Source: an uncultured delta proteobacterium (GTDB lineage: Bacteria; Desulfobacterota; Binatia; Binatales; Binataceae). Taken from it: a DNA stretch of 64,000 nucleotides. Below are positions 60,357 through 64,000 of the stretch, one piece after another. Made by a program: the position numbers and the translations under genes. The notes below the pieces were generated by a model. The model was not told the origin of the DNA and made no database searches. It saw only the letters and a program-made list of their open reading frames with translations. The stretch lies in contig CAVXXK010000001.1 in the NCBI GenBank assembly GCA_963765675.1, positions 448,001 to 512,000 of the forward strand, read 5' to 3'. Each line of letters starts with the position of its first letter. The first letter of the stretch is position 1.

Positions 60357-61234
60357 TACTTTGCCTGCGAAAGCGCCCGTCCGAGATCGAACGGCCAATC
60401 GTCGGTTCCGAATTCAAAGCAGCGACTGATTTGTTCGTCGCTCAGATGATGCTCGCGCTTGAGCTCGCGCGCGACCCTGCGGCGAATCGCGAGCCGGATG
60501 CGCGCAAGGTTGCGCGATACCGACGACTCATGCTCGCCGAGCAGCGCGCCGGCTTCCACAAGCGTGAGACCTTGCACATAGTAATAAGAGAGACGAAGAC
60601 GGTCGCGCGGCTCGAGCTCGGCAAGCGCGGCGTCGAGCGCTTGCGCGAGCATCGGGATAAACCGCGCGCGGTCCGGATCGGCGGGCGCCGAGTGATTGCG
60701 ATCGCCACTCTCAATCTGCTGGGCATCGGCTGCTGCAGCGGCGTTGGAATGGTATCGCTCGCGCAGCCAATCGGCCTCCCGGCGCACGATCACGACGCGC
60801 AACCACGCGGCGAGCGCGCTTCGGCCATGGTAGTAATCGAGCGGTGAGCGGCGCGGGTTACCTACTCGCGCGACGTCGAAAAGATCGCCGTAGAGGGAGC
60901 TTTCGATTTCGCGCGCTCGATTCGTATCGCGCGCAATCGCGCGCACGAAACTCTCGATCGCGCCGTGGTAACGCGCGTCGAATTCGCGCCACGCCTCGGC
61001 GTTTCCCGCGCGGCATGCCATTGCAAGCGCAAGGTCCTCGACATGAAGGGAATCGAGGAAAATCTCAATTTCGGCAGGATTCGGGATAGCCCCGGCAAAT
61101 CGGCGCTCGATCGCGCGCTCGATCGTCTGCGCGAAATCGGCTTCTGGAATTCTCCAGCGCCGGGCGGCGCTGCGCTCATAGAGGCGCGCGAAGGTCTCAT
61201 GATACGCAGCGCGAAATCCCGGGAGCCCGTCCAT
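60356..61234 (-). CDS. ECF-type sigma-70 factor with N-terminal extension
   Basis: LHVEDLALAMACRAG..AWREF, YHGRSALAAWLRVV (region 2), LEPRDR...GLTLVEAGALLGEHESSVSRNL (region 4). Confidence 0.8.
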   Translation of the reverse strand: MDGLPGFRAAYHETFARLYERSAARRWRIPEADFAQTIERAIERRFAGAIPNPAEIEIFLDSLHVEDLALAMACRAGNAEAWREFDARYHGAIESFVRAIARDTNRAREIESSLYGDLFDVARVGNPRRSPLDYYHGRSALAAWLRVVIVRREADWLRERYHSNAAAAADAQQIESGDRNHSAPADPDRARFIPMLAQALDAALAELEPRDRLRLSYYYVQGLTLVEAGALLGEHESSVSRNLARIRLAIRRRVARELKREHHLSDEQISRCFEFGTDDWPFDLGRALSQAK

Positions 61235-61366
61235 CGAGGCTCATCTTCGGCTCGATCCCGCCGAGTCTCAAGACGCCGCGAGCTACTCTCTCTTTCCCGA
61301 CGCGCGAGTGTCCGCTAATCTCGGCATTCAGCCGAGTCCTATCGGCGCGCCCGCAATCGCGGTGGG

Positions 61367-61442
61367 GCCACCCTAGCTCAGTTGGTAGAGCAGCTGATTC
61401 GTAATCAGCAGGTCGTCGGTTCGAATCCGACGGGTGGCTCCA
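61367..61442 (+). tRNA. tRNA-Thr(CGT)
   Basis: GCCACCC/GGGTGGC acceptor stem, D arm, GCTGA-TTCGTAA-TCAGC anticodon arm, GTTCGAATC T loop, encoded CCA. Confidence 0.97.
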
Positions 61443-61456
61443 AAGAAATCAAGCAA

Positions 61457-61528
61457 AATCAACCACTTCTTACCTATGGTCGACGGTAGGCTTCACTATC
61501 AGCCTTTCGTGTCCACACCGTGTCCACA
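61457..61528 (+). other. att-like junction: IHF-like site plus tandem 10-bp repeat
   Basis: AATCAACCACTT (61457-61468); CGTGTCCACA at 61508 and 61519. Confidence 0.5.
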
Positions 61529-61687
61529 AACCGAAAGCTCATGTCCAGGACCATCCTATGGAGAAGCGACGCTCACGGAACCCGCTTTCCAAGAGCGGCG
61601 AGGCGTCGCCCAAGGTGCTCCAACGCCTCGCGGCGATCCGCGTAGAGCACCTTCACGTCGTGGTAGCATAGGATCCTGGTTTGAAGT

Positions 61688-62498
61688 ATGCGCGACGAAC
61701 TTCCGAACCTTCGGCCCGACGCCTTCGCCGGCACTGCTGCAGCTTACGCGAAATTCCGCCCACGCTACCCGCGGGCGCTCCTTGACGATCTCCTTGCGCA
61801 AGTCGCGCTGCCGCGCCTGGGCCGGTTGCTCGATCTAGCCTGCGGGCCGGGCCGGATCGCACTCGATTTGGCCGGCTCTTTCGACAGCGCGTGGGCCATC
61901 GATCTCGAGCCCGAGATGATCGCTGTCGGAAAACAGGAAGCGGCGCGGCGAGGCATCGGCAACGTGAAATGGCTTGTCGGCCGAGCCGAAGCCCTGGACG
62001 CTCCGTCCGCCGCGTTCAGCCTGATCACGATCGGCGAGGCATTCCACCGGCTGGAGCAGACTTTGATCTGCGAAAAGGCGCATCAGTGGCTTGAACCTTC
62101 AGGGTGCCTCGTCACGATGGGCAGCCAGAGCATCCTGAATGGCAGCGAACCGTGGCAGATCGTCGTCGCCGAGGTTGCGCGGCGATGGATGGCGCGCGCC
62201 TTTCCGCGCGGCTGGGCGGTCGCGAAGGCAGGCGCGAAGCTCGACCCTGAGCAGGTCCTGCACGATGCGGGGTTCCTGGACGTGATTACGCGCTCGTTCA
62301 CTAAGCCCCACAGTTGGACCTTTGAGCAGATCATCGGATATCTGCAATCGACTTCGGTTTGTTCGCGCAAAGCGCTCGGCGGCGATTTCGAAGCTTTTGA
62401 GAACGACTTGGCGTCGGCCCTTCACGACCTGTCGAGGCGACGAAATTTATCCAGAACAACTCAGCTTCGGGTACACGCTTGGAAGAAAGCCCGGCTAG
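61688..62498 (+). CDS. class I SAM-dependent methyltransferase (frameshift near 62438)
   Basis: FRPRYP, LLDLACGPG, GEAFH; natural end EQLSFGYTLGRKPG* in another frame. Confidence 0.8.
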
Positions 62499-62581
62499 GG
62501 CAGGCGAAAATGAAGTTGCTTTGCAACCCGACGGGTGGCTTAAGACAATCCAATAAGGAACCTATCTTGCCGCGAGCGTAC

Positions 62582-64000
<1,419 letters not shown>

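Overview
GC-rich bacterial chromosome segment. Gene content and style suggest a soil or peat organism such as Candidatus Binatia, but this is inference only. It holds about 55 CDSs, including ispH, moaB, a moaD-moaE fusion, biotin carboxylase/BCCP, a GH38 mannosidase, etfBA, pstSCA without pstB, an ABC-F ATPase, many hydrolases, a FadF-like Fe-S oxidoreductase and a divergent YchF. It also has one tRNA-Thr(CGT), three toxin-antitoxin loci (two decayed) and several families of palindromic REP-like repeats. About 11 ordinary genes carry isolated frameshifts, which looks like long-read indel error. Most notable: (1) an ECF-like sigma factor coupled to a zinc-finger anti-sigma that is fused to a TonB-like SxxxH membrane helix and a vWA domain, followed by a vWA paralog; (2) a 2314-bp IS1595 carrying passenger ORFs, inserted at the centre of a GTAG REP (25-bp TIRs, 8-bp TSD, promoter-like motifs at both ends); (3) a 300-400 bp intergenic element present twice, with fixed-spacing motifs, a perfect 17-bp palindrome and a conserved 11-codon micro-ORF; (4) uORF plus anti-SD leaders before the ABC-F and a GNAT gene; (5) pstSCA bracketed by an inverted REP pair.
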